The translations under genes were made by a program, and so were the position numbers. Source: the human T2T-CHM13v2.0 reference genome, Homo sapiens. From it: a stretch of 64,000 nucleotides of DNA. How positions within the stretch are numbered: position 1 is the first letter of the stretch; every line of letters starts with the position of its first letter. Positions 1-13,900 of the stretch are shown here, one piece after another. Location of the stretch: NCBI RefSeq assembly GCF_009914755.1, contig NC_060927.1. The stretch is one strand, 5' to 3'. Below the pieces are notes generated by a model. It ran no database searches. It worked only from the letters and a program-made list of their open reading frames with translations, and had not been told where the DNA came from.

Positions 1-1955
1 TGCTCCCATACAAGAAAGAAAAATCAATTTGCATTGATTAGGGAGTACTGTGAACAGAAACATAGTATCAAAATCCATCCTGACTTGAAATTTTGAAATT
101 GTATTGTCAGAGACGTAGACATGAATTTTTTTCCATTTGTATATGACAAAAGACTTCAGAATGAGAATATATTTTCTGTACACCCTGAGAAATTTTACCT
201 TAGTAGCTCCACAGGACCTGTAGAATGAAAAACATATCTGAAGACTAAACTTATTTTTATGTCTTCATTGTCTTTAACTCAGAAAGGAGACTTGGAATGT
301 ACCCAGGGAGGTGAATTCCCTATTCAACTATATTCCTGTGTTATGAAAGAGATCTCCATGGTGGATTTCAAATAATACACATTAATGCAGGACAAGGAAA
401 AAACTGTGTCCAGAAAATTTTACCAAAAATATGCCACAAGGTATTTCGAGAACCATCTTTCAGAACACAATGGAAAATTAGATCAATGATCCAATTGCTA
501 GATTCTATTCATCTACATGAATGGGATCAATAAATTTTGGAAACCTGGAAAACCATGAGATGGGAACATAAACAGCATTTATACGAGATGAAAAGTTGGG
601 GTTAACATGTATATTTCAAGGAACTTTTTTAGTTTATTTGCTCATCTTTTTTATTTGGTTTGTTTTTAGACTATGTAAGTTATTTCAAATTTCAAAGGAG
701 TCTGGTTGTTTTAAGAACTTGGAGTGTTTAGGACACAAAAATAAATAAGTAAAGGATAAAGTCTTAAGAACATACTAATTCAAAAATATATATATAATAT
801 GAGCATTTGCTGTGGAAACCTGGAGGCTGTTGAAGTGAAATCAGATTCTCAATTACTCAAGGTTGATAAAAAAATAAATCTATGGGGGTGAACATAAGTG
901 TCTTATCATGTTAAGATGAATAAAATTAAATAAAATAAATAAATGACAATTACTTTATTATATTTGATACTAAGATTTTACCTAAAATGATATGTATTTG
1001 TTAAATTCATTTCATGGGCTCCTATATTCATGATGTGCACATGCCATGAATTTGTCTGTATAAGTTCTAGCATGCAGTACATTTATGAACCTTACTATTA
1101 TAATATTTCTTATTCATACAATTCAAAAATTATGAAAACTACATATGCAAAGGATAAATGGAATTCTGTCTTTGAGGAGGAAGAATTTTCTATCATATGT
1201 TAATTTTTCCTGAAATAATACTAAATGTTTAAATTTCATAGTGAAGCTCCTATTTATGTACAAACACTTAATAAAGAGAAAGTAGTTGAACTTGCTTGAT
1301 AACTGAGGTAAAATATGTGAGATGGAAGCAACCTGGTAACAAGGGCCATCCCTGGTCCTGTTTAAGTGTCAGGTACTGTACCTTCAAATCTTTACAGATG
1401 GTTTTCTCTACAGTCTTGGATACTGGCTTAAAAACTTCTCAAGCCAGTAAACCATGGTAAATGTATGGTTTAATCATTTTAAACCATTAATCATTAAACA
1501 AAATTATTGATCACTTTAATCATTTTGTTTTCTCTCTCTTAGGTTTCACTCTCCTTCACTGGCTGATACCCAGTGTCATACAAAGCACAGTTTCATATAT
1601 ATTACTCCCTTTTTATTTATGTTTTATGTTTGTTTACATTTGTGTTTATTTTGCTTTGTTTTGTTTTGGACAGGATAGGAACTCTGGTCCTCATTACTCT
1701 ATGTTGGCTGAAAGTAGAAGTTTCTTTTATCTAATAACTGTATATTTTATGATAAAATTAGTTCTACTTTTAATCTCTAAATACTGAAAATGCTGAACAC
1801 TTTAATTATGTAATTTTTTTAAAAAATTAATTTATTGCTAAATTATAATTACATAATAAAAATAATTTTAATGGTACCTAACAGAAATTACGTACTCAAA
1901 AATGTTATATTATATTAACCATTCTAGGACTTATTCCCAACTCTCCCCTACCCAC

Positions 1956-2085
1956 TGACAAAAACTTTCTCTTGAACCAAACTTCAGTTTGGCTCCTCTG
2001 AACCTTCTTCTAGAATAGGCCTCAAACTTGGGCTTCCATGTGCATCCTTACTGAGTCTTGTTTTAGTAGAAATATTGAATCAGTA
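1956..2085 (+). mobile_element. MER31/MER67-group ERV1 LTR, 5' fragment
   Basis: Starts TGACAAAAACTTTCTCTTGAACCAAACTTCAGTTTGGCTCCTCTGAACC..., resembling the recalled 5' end of MER31/MER67 LTRs. Confidence 0.55.
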
Positions 2086-2294
2086 ATTTTTTAAAAATCA
2101 AATACATAATCATAATCAAATATAGACAGCATAGGACATATTCCTATAAGTAGAGTTGAATTATAGGAGTGGTCAAATTATAAAAATGCATATTTTATGA
2201 CAATGACACTGTTACTTTGGTGAACATTAATTTTTTTTAGATATTTTTATTTATTATACTTTAAGTAACACTTCAAAATATTTTCAGATAATAC

Positions 2295-3463
2295 TTATGG
2301 CAGTGGCGGGCAGTCTACTTCCGCGGCTACCATCACGCTGGTTGCAGCAGCGAGGCCGTGGCTGGGGCTACATTTCACGGAGCCTTTGGGAACCCCACCC
2401 CTTCTGAGTTAAGGCAAGAGATCCCCAGGTGCTGCCGCAGCCGCCCAAACCACAGCTGCAGAATCAGGCCTCCTGCTCCATGGACCAGACAGAAGCCCCG
2501 CCCAGGAGTGTGGGGCTGCAGCCACCCAAACTGCAGCTGTGGATCCCAGCTCCCCTGTGCTCTTGTAGAGGCCGGAAGCAGGCAGAATCTCTGCCCTCCT
2601 GCGTGAAGGTGCAGCCACAGGTCGGCTGCAGACCCGGGCCTCCTGCTCCAGGGAGTAGGCAGGAGCTAGGGACCAGCTTTTTTGAATTAGTGGGCCAGGA
2701 ACTTTCTGGTACAGCTGCGGAGGCCCTCCTTGGTTCAGCCTGCACCCTTGGGGCCCAGAAAAGTGCCCCACCCCATCCCTACAGGCTCAGGGGTGTCCGC
2801 TCCCACTTCCTGGCCTCTCTCTGCTCCCAGCACCTGCTCAGATCTTAGAGAAGGGTTGGGGCCAAGCTTCCAGGCCATGAATGGCAGCAGGAGGCATACG
2901 GATTTCTGGGAGGAAGAGGGCGGGACCCAGTAAGTCCCCACCTTCAGGTCAGATAGGGCCTGAAGGCTGGGGGCCAGGCTGCCAGTCCCAAAGACCAGAG
3001 TGGGGACTAGTAGTGCCTCTTCCATGCCTGCCCACAGAGCAATCAGCATGCACTTCCTCCCCTCTGAGGTCCATAAAAGCCCAGGGCTCAGCCAAAACAG
3101 GGGAGAGGAAGGTCAGAGCAGGACAGAGAGGATGGAGAGAGGACAGGATGACTAGCTGCGGAGAAGAGCTACCCTGTTCTGCTGGCAGCTGGAGATGATG
3201 GGAGGATCAGCTGCAGGGAGGAGCTACCCTCTCTCCTGAGAGCTGAACGCTGGAGGAGATGACCCATCTACAGAGAGGCGCTACCCACTGTGGGTCTCCT
3301 CTAAGCTGTTGTAACACTCAGCAAAGCTCCTGTTAGCCTTGTTCACCTTCTACTTATCTGCATACCTCATTCTTCCTGGAAACAGGACAAGAACTCAGGC
3401 AAAAGTGCAACCAGCCGCAGAGGTTTCCGGCCAGAAAAATGACACCCCAAAGATCTTGTAACA
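2295..3463 (+). mobile_element. MER52A-type solo LTR (ERV1)
   Basis: GC-rich 1.17-kb island beginning (T)TATGGCAGTGGCGGGC and ending GACACCCCAAAGATCTTGTAACA. Flanked by ATAC/ATAT, a near-perfect 4-bp TSD. Explains the cluster of Pro/Gly-rich ORFs at 2358-3198. Confidence 0.85.
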
Positions 3464-4559
3464 ATATTTTCAGCTTAAAATAATATTTTGTATTTAAGAA
3501 AAGAAAAATATGCCTATTATTTGTAGTTATTATTTGTTGGTAAATTCCGATACTAAATATATTGCCTACTTATAATCAAAAATGTTACAAGCCAGTTGGA
3601 GAGTACTTAGCTCCATGGAATGTTTTTCTTTTGTCCCTTAAGTACTATAAGTTATACAAGAATCACTTAGATCCTGCAGTATAATCAGTGTATAAACAAT
3701 ATAAACTTTTGCTTTGTGGTATATCAGGGTGACATTTTTTGCGCCCTGGAGAAGGAAATAAAATTGTGGTGGTTTTCAGTACAGACAACTACATTCCAAT
3801 TGAATGTTCTCACATTCATAGGCTGGATTCATACCTTATAATTATCAAAGAATAGATTTGTGTGTTTGACACTATTTTATTTTTTAGGTAGCATTATTGT
3901 ATAAAACAAGAAAAGAGCCTTTCATTGACTTTGTATTCAGTTATAATTACTTGCTTTTGTTGTTGCATTGAGACTGCCTAATTAACACGTTTGTTTGTGT
4001 CGAGCAATTCCAAGATCCACAGGCAGGCACTTTGTGCAGCATTTAGTGGCACAGAAACCTATAAGGTATGTTCCAAGGGTACATATGAGACAAAGCGTAT
4101 CAATTCTGCTTTGTAATAATCTGTTATTCATCATAGTCCAATAATAGATTTGTTTCCACAACAAAATTTATCAGCTATATTAGAAATGAAATCAAATCAT
4201 AATTCATCTCTTAGAAGAGCAATGCTGTTTGGACAACCTGACCACAATTTGCAAGTCTTTCTGATACATCATCATTCTATGTTAAATAAATTAAAATATC
4301 AGTAGTCTGATTTAGGATGTGATATTTGTAAGTTGAATTATCTTTTCCATTCACTCTTTTAAATGCCTAAAGAAAACAAACAAAACATCTACTAACAGTA
4401 ATTTTTTTTCAGGTAGAGAATCAGTGCTTCCTTCTTTCCATGTCTCATACAACAGCAATTTGGAGGTTGTACTTCTTTATATTACAAAATTTTCAAGGCA
4501 GAAAAAGATGGATGTAAGCACAGCTGTCATTCTGTGAAAATGATGAAAACTATAGGTGA

Positions 4560-4970
4560 TGTTTTTGTTTCCTAGTTCTACTGTAACAAAATACCACAAA
4601 ATTCATGGCTTAGAAGAACAAAAATATATTTTTCATAGTTCTGGAGGTGAGAAGTCTGAAATCAAGGTGTTGGTAGGGTTGGTTTATTCAAAGAGCTGTG
4701 AGGGCGTATCTATTTGATGCCTCTCTCCTCACTTCTGGTAGCCTCAGTTATTTCCTTGGTTTGTGGATGACCAACTGTATTTTTATGTTTTCCTTCTGTG
4801 TCTTTCTCCGTGTCTATATTCCTTCTTTTTATAAAAGCATGATCATATTGGAATAGATAATTATCTTAATTACCTCTATAAGCACTCCATTTCTAAGTAA
4901 GGTCACATTCACAGGCACCGGAAGTTAGGACCTCAGCATCTTTTTAGGTGACAGGATTCAATCCCTAACA
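4560..4970 (-). mobile_element. MLT1 (MaLR) LTR, probably MLT1B/C
   Basis: Contains ACAAAATACCACAAA, GTTCTGGAGG...AAGTCTGAAATCAAGGTGTTGG and TAAGGTCACATTCACAGG...TTAGGAC, typical of the reverse-complement MLT1 consensus. Confidence 0.75.
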
Positions 4971-6176
4971 GGTAGTGACAGAAAACAGAAAAACCTTCCT
5001 AGTGCATTCTGAGGTTATAGTTTTCAAAACATTTTTAGAGAGCTCTGACTTGGGAAAATGAAGACAATGCTGAATGGGTTTAAAGTTACGACATTCATAA
5101 ATTATGAGAAATTTTGCTGAACAACTGTGTAAATTAATTTGCAGCAAAGTACTGCAACAGAACTTAACCTATACAGTTATTTCTCAATCAGTCTCCCCTG
5201 TCCTTCTCCCTCTCTTCTGTTCCAGTTATTTCATTTTGGGTTCTGGTTTTCCATAAAAGCAGAGTAATTATGGTTTTATTAATATGTGACAAAATAACAA
5301 GGAATCTTGTGGCCATGTAGTTATCACATTTGGGTATACAGTGACAGGTTAGAAAGAACACTTTTTGTTAATTTCTTTTTTTTTGCTTGAATATTTATGA
5401 ACACAAAGGCGTTTAATATGTATTTCATGACCACTAGAAAGTAGAACATATCTTTAAGATCTGGACAAACTTTTGTTTTGTTTTTAAATTCTGGGTTTAT
5501 TTTGACCTATGGCTGAGACTGGAAATCTGAAGCTGTAATCTCCTACACCTTTGAATGTCTACATTTGAGAAAATTCTTTACTTTTTCTGCGACATTTAAG
5601 AATACTTTGGCTTTTTTTACAAGTTAATAAGTTAGATTATAAAATATCTTAAGTTCAATAACTATTTTTAATTGGTTTGTAAAAATGTATAAGTACTTAT
5701 GTGGATCAGTAGTTCCCCAGTTTTCCAAAAAGTAAAGAAACTGAAGTTAATGTGCTAGCCTTTTGAAAAAGGAAAAATCATACAGAAAATACTAGCTCAG
5801 AAACATTGTTATATAACAATTGAAGCATATGTTATTACGGTAAAATTTTGATTAATCCATCTAGTTTGATAATTTTTAAAAATAAGCTACTTTTCTTTGA
5901 CTTTTATCAAGTATAAATATAATACAAGTGAACATGTTTGTCTTCATTTGCATGAGATATGTATCTGCCTTCTATTGAAGATCACTATTCTAAACTTAAA
6001 CTTCATATCTTAGTTCACAGATCAGATAAGCTAAGATTACTCCTATAAAATTCTGGGATTGTGAAAAATATAAAAGTACGTATTAAATTACATCATATCA
6101 TAATTCTGGCAACATTTTTACAAGAATCATAATTAAGTTTTGAAACATGTCATTTGAACATAATTGCTAAGATCTA

Positions 6177-7012
6177 GCAAAGGATATGAGCAGACACTTC
6201 TCAAACGACGACATTTAGGTGGCCAACAAACATATGGGAAAAAAAGCACATCATCACTGGTCATTAGAGAAATGCAAATGAAAACCACAATGAGATACCA
6301 TCTCATGCCAGTTAGAATGGCGATCCTTAAAAAGTCAGGAAATAACAGATGCTGATGAGGCTGTGGAGCAACAGGAACACTTTTACACTGTTGGTGGGAG
6401 TGTAAATTAGTTCAAGCATTGTGGAAGACAGTATGGCAATTCCTCAAGGATCTAGAACTAGAAATACCATTTGACCTGGCAATCACGTTACTGGGTATAT
6501 ACCCAAAGGATTATACATCATTCTACTATAAAGACACATGCACACGTATGTTTACTGCAGCACTATTTACAATAACAATGACTTGGAACCACATCAATGA
6601 TAGACTGGATAAAGAAAATGTGGCACATATACACCATGGAATACTATACAGTCATAAAAAAGACTGAGTTCATGTCCTTTGCAGGGACGTGGATGAAGCT
6701 GGAAACCATCATTCTCAGCAAACTACCACAGGAACAGGAAACCAAACACCACATGTTCTCACTCATAAGTGGGAGTTCAACGATGAGAACACATGAACAC
6801 AGAGAGGGAAACATCACACACCAGGGCCTCTTGAGGTGTGAGGGACAAGGGGAGGGAGAGCGTTAGGACAAATACCTAATGTATGCAGGGCTTAAAACCT
6901 AATTGACGGGTTGATAGGTACAGGAAACCACTATGGCAATTGTATACCTATGTAACAAACCTGCACGTTCTACACATGTATTCCAGAACTTAAAGTAAAA
7001 TAAAATAAAAAA
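6177..7012 (+). mobile_element. L1PA (about L1PA8) 3' fragment: ORF2 C-terminus, 3'UTR and A-tail
   Basis: ORF-track peptides match the L1 ORF2 C-terminus ([47 protein letters not shown]). 3'UTR GGGCTTAAAACCTA...AAACCTGCACGTTCT...AACTTAAAGTAAAA. Confidence 0.9.
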
Positions 7013-7758
7013 TTAAAGCCTTGAGCTAATATTAAAAATTGTGTTAGTTAATGACTTAATTTGGGATACCTGCATAATTTATAATAAACCAGTACTGAAA
7101 TATTAATCACAATTCAGTCTTAAAATCTATATTTTTTATTTTTACATGTTACAAAATTGCTTAAATATACTGCCACTTTTAAAGTGTAAATTAACATGTG
7201 TGTGACTGTAGGATGTCTTATGATACATGCTTGAGATTTCCAGGCCAGCTAAAATAGTTATATATAGCTGACACTCAATACCTCCTCATTTTCTCTGTGC
7301 AATAGGGATTAGTTCATTTGGCTATGTTTCTAGTTAATATGGGTGACTAAAACTATAACAGAACTATTGGTAACAGAAAGTCTGATTATGTTTGCATATT
7401 AACATATTGTACTTTTGTGTATCAACACAAATATGAAAGAGTTTATGTGCTCAAATTAAGGCTGTGGTTGTTTCCAACTGTGAAAGAAGAGAGTAAGATA
7501 CAAAACTGAAGTACATGTAAGAAACTGTAGAACATCTGTAAAAAGTAAACTTTATCTTGCTTCATAACAGATGCAAAAAATGAAGCTATGAAATATAATT
7601 TTGTCAACTATGCTCATTCCGTTCATATATTTATTATGTAATAAAAGTAATATATTTTGCTGCCAAATGTTTTATGAATGCAAATATAAAATTTGTCTTT
7701 TTTACTTTTAAAATTACAATCTTCATGTATTTAGGCTTCTCTTAATAACGAGGTTTTT

Positions 7759-8063
<305 letters not shown>

Positions 8064-8072
8064 TTATTAATG

Positions 8073-8203
8073 TTTTGTTTGTTTGTTTGTTTGTTTGTTT
8101 GTTTGAGATAGAGTCCCACTCTGTCACCCAAGCTGGAGTGCAATGGCGCCAATTTCAGCTCACAGCAACCTCCGCCCCCTGGGTTTAAGCAATTCTCCCG
8201 GCT
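8073..8203 (-). mobile_element. Truncated Alu right arm with (TTTG)n tail
   Basis: (TTTG)n followed by GAGATAGAGTCCCACTCTGTCACCCAAGCTGGAGTGCAATGG; lies tail-to-tail with the preceding Alu. Confidence 0.85.
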
Positions 8204-10892
8204 TATTCATGTTATTCATTAAGATAGAGAGACAAACAGGGAAGATTCAGAAGGATATATATCCAAAGGACATATAAGCAGTAATAAATGTATTTATAGC
8301 TATAACAAAGAAACTTTGATATGTTATATTATGTTTCTAATTATATATTCTATATTTTTATACAATGAATATGTAATGTTTGTATTAACAACAAAAAGCA
8401 ATAAAATGTATGATCCCAATTGTGAATAAAATTACACCAAAATAACTCTGGGTGAAAGGACTGTGGTATTTTTTTTATTTACTCTTATAGGCTATTCTGT
8501 ATATTTCTTTAATGACCAGGTAAAACTTTTGTAATCTAAATTTTAAAATGCCATTTTTAATGAAACAAAACAAAATATTGTTTTTTACTTTCCTTGCAAT
8601 CTGCCTGAATAGCAGAGTCTGTATCACTTCAGAATAATTTTCTGAGATTTGTGTTGACTTTATCATTTCTTTAATGATTAAATTTTTTTCTCACATCTAA
8701 AAGAATAATCTGCCATCATATATACATGTAATCTTCTATGTTTATTTTTAAATAATGTGTTGTCACTTTGTTTAAATATTAGAGTACTGTAAACAAATGA
8801 ATTGTTCATATCGACTGCTTTAAAAAAATAGAATCATGTGTGTTGGTAATTTTATATAACAGTCAATATTTAGCCATATATTTAAATGTGTCATAACATA
8901 TATTTGCATAAGCAAACAAATAGTGGCAGAAAATATATTAATATTTTAGCCATAATCATCTCTCATGATAAAGGAAACTCAGTATCCATCTGCCATCCTC
9001 ATGCCACTCAATGTATAATGAAGAAAAATGTCAATATAATTTGGCCAATTTTGAAAAGTTTTAGGTGATAGGATACTAATAGGATTATATATAGCATATG
9101 TTTTGGCAACCTATAGTCTTGTGTCTTCCCAATATACAGCAATACATTGTCTTGTTCCTTCTCAATACTGCTGGGGCTCACTCCTCTTGTCTTCTATCAA
9201 GAACTTAAATTGAAATACAGAAAAGGGGACAAAATAATTTATTATTCAGCCTATGATAACATCCTTTATTATGTGGCTGAAATAAGTTATTCCATAACTT
9301 TAGTAAAAGTCAAAGTCATTCATATATTTTTATTCCATACTATGGTATATCTTTAGCAAATAGAAGAGACAAAATATATGGAGAGTAAGGTAAAAGTTGT
9401 ATACAATGAGAATTTGTTGTTCTAGTCTCAAATATACTACTGATTTTTTTGGCAAACATTTCGTAATTTAACTCTTAGTTAGATGATCTATTTCAAATTA
9501 TATTTTGCTTAAGAATCAATTTATACACTTTACATACTTGTAAAAAACAGAAATTCCAGTGATCCATAACAGAACAATTAAATCACTACATAGAAGAGTT
9601 GGGAAATAGATTCTATACATGAAATAAACTACCACAGTAGTTTGAGAATCACAGAGCTAGAAAAGAGACTGAAATATCTCTTACAAAGATATTTTAAATG
9701 ACAATCTGCTGACCACACCTTAAATCCTTTCTCAAAATTAATTCTAAGAATTTGATAAAAAGACAGATGCTCAGGTCATTTGCTCAGAGGTTCATATACC
9801 ATAGCTGGAGTTTAACCAACAGTCTGTGTTTTTTAAAAGTCTTGTAGTGATTCCTTTGTAAGAGTAGAATTAAGAATCATTTATTATTTTTAATAAATAT
9901 GTTGGAGACTCTCATGAAATTGATGGTTTATTCCAACACATAAATTTAAAATAAAAATAATTTATCAATTTTGCTCATTAGGATTATATTTGATGCATTT
10001 CAGATATAATTTAGAAATAATTACACATATTCTTTAAATTAGTATAATATTTGCTCACTTAAAAATAATACATGCAAGAGGATACTAAATGGTATGATAT
10101 GAAAAGTTAAACTCCTTCAAATCTCTACTTTGCAATCTTACATATCAACTTTGAGCTGATTTTTGAAGCTGATTTTTTCAATATTCTATGCTTATGAACA
10201 AATATAGTAAAACAAACAGAACAACAACAAAAATGTATTTTTTAAATTCAAGGCTTTTTCTATGTCAGAAACCTCCACTCATCATTAAAAACATTCACAA
10301 TATCTGCACACTTTTTTTCATAACATAAACTGATTAGAGTATTTCTATACTTCTGTATTTTGATGAACTTTTATATACCGTATGAATCTTCCAATACTAG
10401 AAATATGAGCCTGTTTTAAAGATCAAAGATTAATATACTTTGTAATTTTGTAATGTATTTAATGAGCTCCTCATTTATGAATATTTATATTTTTCTACTT
10501 TTGATATTAGCATTTTGAATAATGTAAACACAAACATTTTTACTAGTATACCTTTAGATGTATATCTGAAAAATAAGTTTCTACTACTGCTAGGACCAAA
10601 GGTTTTTATATTTTAACAGTTGCAAGATACTGACAAATTACCCTTCAAAATATGTCTTCAGATTTTAGACCCTTCTATAAAAAGCACGAAAGTTCATTTT
10701 TTCCATACACTCTCAACAATAAGAATGATTATAGAAATGATTTAACTTTTGGCAGTCTATGTAAGAGGTGTCTTGTAGTTTCAATTTTCATTGCTATAAG
10801 TACAATTGGGCCCCTTTGTATGTTCACTGTTAGTATTTTTGTGTGTGAACTGCCTGTTTGTATGATATTGTAATATGTAAGTGTTCCTATTA

Positions 10893-10930
10893 TACACACA
10901 CAAAAACACACACATACACAAACACACAGA
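10893..10930. repeat. imperfect (CA)n microsatellite
   Basis: Direct reading. Confidence 0.8.
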
Positions 10931-13900
10931 GTATTTAAAAAAAACAAAAAAAAACAATCAAATTAGTCACTGTTCTATTACCAATAATAACCCAGAACTT
11001 AGAAAATTACATGCTTCATATATTAAAAATATAAGTATTGTGTAATTTTAATTTGGTGGGATCAAAATTTGCCCTCCCTTATATAAGCCTACATAAAATT
11101 TCCACCTATGGGAGCATGCCCTATTTCTAATAAAATCTAGATTTAGCGATGTTTGATTCAGCTCTTCTAGCTGTTTGTGCTGATTTAATGAAGAATACTC
11201 AATATGCTTATACAAAATGTTTTCTGACAGAAAAAAATAATATTGTTTCCATCTAAAATGCTTTGTCTCAAGGTAAAGAACAGCCAATTTCAGTCTTCTT
11301 TAGAAAAAAATAATAGCAATTATATAATAACAACGTGAGAAGTCAGAGGTGTAGCTTACCAGGCTGTATTTCCAGGAGACTGCCTAAAGCCAGGGTTTCC
11401 AATCACACCTACCGATCTTCTCTAGGTAGATAAATTGGGTGTCATACACTTTGCTGTGCAGAGAACTTTTTAATGAAACCTTTAAATCAAAGGTTTTGTG
11501 ACTAAAAATTAAAAGAGAGTTTTACAATGTATATTAATAAAGTAGTTTTACATACAATATTTTGATTTAATAAATATTTACGAAGCATTCCCTAATCATT
11601 TGTTCTCTGGATAGAACTTTATTTGTATGTTATTTTATTCCAAACCACTTTTACTTATATTAAAAATACAAATAAAAAGTGCTTTTAGGGTTAACTGTTA
11701 TAGCATACTGATAAACAGTAAAATCTCTTACATAGTGGTAGTCACAAAGGCAAAGTTATTTTTAGAAAAAACTAACATCGTGGTTAAAAGAGAATAAAGG
11801 AAATTAAAGAGTAAAAATAAGGAAGAAATTTAAAATGTAGAAATATACATACATGTTATGCGTTGGGGAAAATGACATGTTTAAAGGATAAATACAATTG
11901 AAATATCTTATTTTATTGTAATTTTGTTTTCCAAAAAAAGGCATTGCTATGATTTTGGAATTTTCTCCATTGAAAAGTAAAGATTACTTGATATTCAAGC
12001 ATTCTACTCTGGAATCTCCAGTATTGAACTCTTTCTGGCTTGATTATTATACAAATTATTTAACCTAACTAAAGTTCAATCTCACAAGGCTGTTATGAGA
12101 GTTAAATTAGACTTGTACATATAGAGGCAGTTAGCATTATGCTTAGTACATAATAAGAGCTTGAAAAATGTTACCTATTATTATCAATGTCGTAAATGGC
12201 TTCTGTTCTCTATATGAGAAGCATACATTTTCTGTGAGAGAAAGGGAAGAATTTTGGTATATTTATTGGACGTTTGAATGTCGATATATTTATTAGGTCT
12301 GTATAGTTGTAAATGGGTTGTTCAAGTGAGTTTTTTCCTTGAAAGAACGGAGGAGTCTAGAAGGCATGTTTCCGTTTAAAATGAAAGAGATTATAAAGCA
12401 GTAAAAATAAAAGACACATAAAGAATTCGAAAGTAAGAATGTGAATTAAGACAAAGGTAATGGGAAGAAAAAATAAAGGGGAGAAAATATCATGAGAAAA
12501 ATACAGGTAGATTTAATTTTGAAATATTTCCCGCTAAATACTGCATTATGAGAAAAAAGCCAACAGAATATATCACTTTTAAAATTGTATTACATTTTAT
12601 TATTTGTAGATTATTTTAATCATCCTTTTCTTATGTTTTCTTTCAATAACTATTTGAGTTTGTATGACTGTTATACTTTCTATTTAACAGATGAGGAATA
12701 GGGGCTAGAAATTTTAAGTGACATGACCAAGGTTACATCAGAAATAAGCAGCAGGGTCTGAAATTAAATCCAGGTCTTTCTTAGTGCTTTTTTTTTGTGA
12801 TATCAGGTTGTCTCTTTGTTAATATATCTTATTTAAGTGGATTGTTTCAATGCTTCCTTAACACGTGCCATATACTGAGAAATCAGTTATATACTTTTCA
12901 GACATTTTATCATTTAAGGCTTTTAATAATCCTGTGAATATGTGAGAACATATTTGAGAACACAGAAATGCCAGGTAATTTACCCTTAGCTTTAAATAAC
13001 AGCTTGGGGATCTGAGGTTTGAACACCAATTTGTCTTGCTGCAGACAACACTCCACCTTTCTTTCACACCAGGTTTCACAAATGAATGATTTCCTGTTGA
13101 CCAGCTCTCATTGGCACCTGTTAGTCACTCCATAAATTCTTGTTAAAAGACTTAAGAAGCTAATGTAGTAATCACTAATGAGTGAATGAGTATACTCCAG
13201 TGTAAAATCTCTGCACCTGGACCACAGAGGTCTGGGAACCAAAAGTTAGAGAATTATATAGATGACATAAGGAAAAGATATAACATTCTTATACAACTGC
13301 ATATCCCAAGTTGCTGCAGTCAGGAAAGATGTTTAATATTGTTACACAGAAACATATTTCTCATCCCTTTTGCCCCAAGAGGAATTCATTCCAAATGTTG
13401 GCTTCAGTTAGAAGTAACCCTTTCTGTCAAATTGGAGTGGGCGACAGCTTTCCTATTTGCTCTGGCAAGATAAAGAGCTTTGTAGTTAAATAACCCTGTC
13501 GAGAATGTGAGCTTATTCAGAATAAGAACATCTGTTTTGTTCATGCCTATATTCCCAACACCTAGAATATTTACTTCTACATATACAACATCTAGATACA
13601 AATACATATATGTTTTGATGAAATATACATTAATTCTGCAAAGATCAACGTAATATAGGAATTTCCCTGATGTTTTGTTTTTCTATGCTTTGTTCAGCTA
13701 TAAAATGAAAGAAAAAGATGTTTAGTTGCTTTGCATAGGACTGGACTGAAATGTCTTAAAATGCACCAATAAATTTTACATTTACCTTTTTTTCCCATTT
13801 ATTTAGGATGTCCACAGCTCATCATATTTATTAAAACCTACTAACTCTTTCTATGGACTCAAATTCAATCTTTAAGTAATTAATTCTTCTATCTTATTAA

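Noticed and set aside
1-1500. Possible old ERV internal sequence (also ~5000-7750)
   Set aside because: Composition is suggestive but I could not recover a recognisable gag/pol/env motif by eye.
2358-3198. Seven overlapping 67-139-aa ORFs
   Set aside because: All lie in the GC-rich MER52A LTR, where stop codons are scarce.
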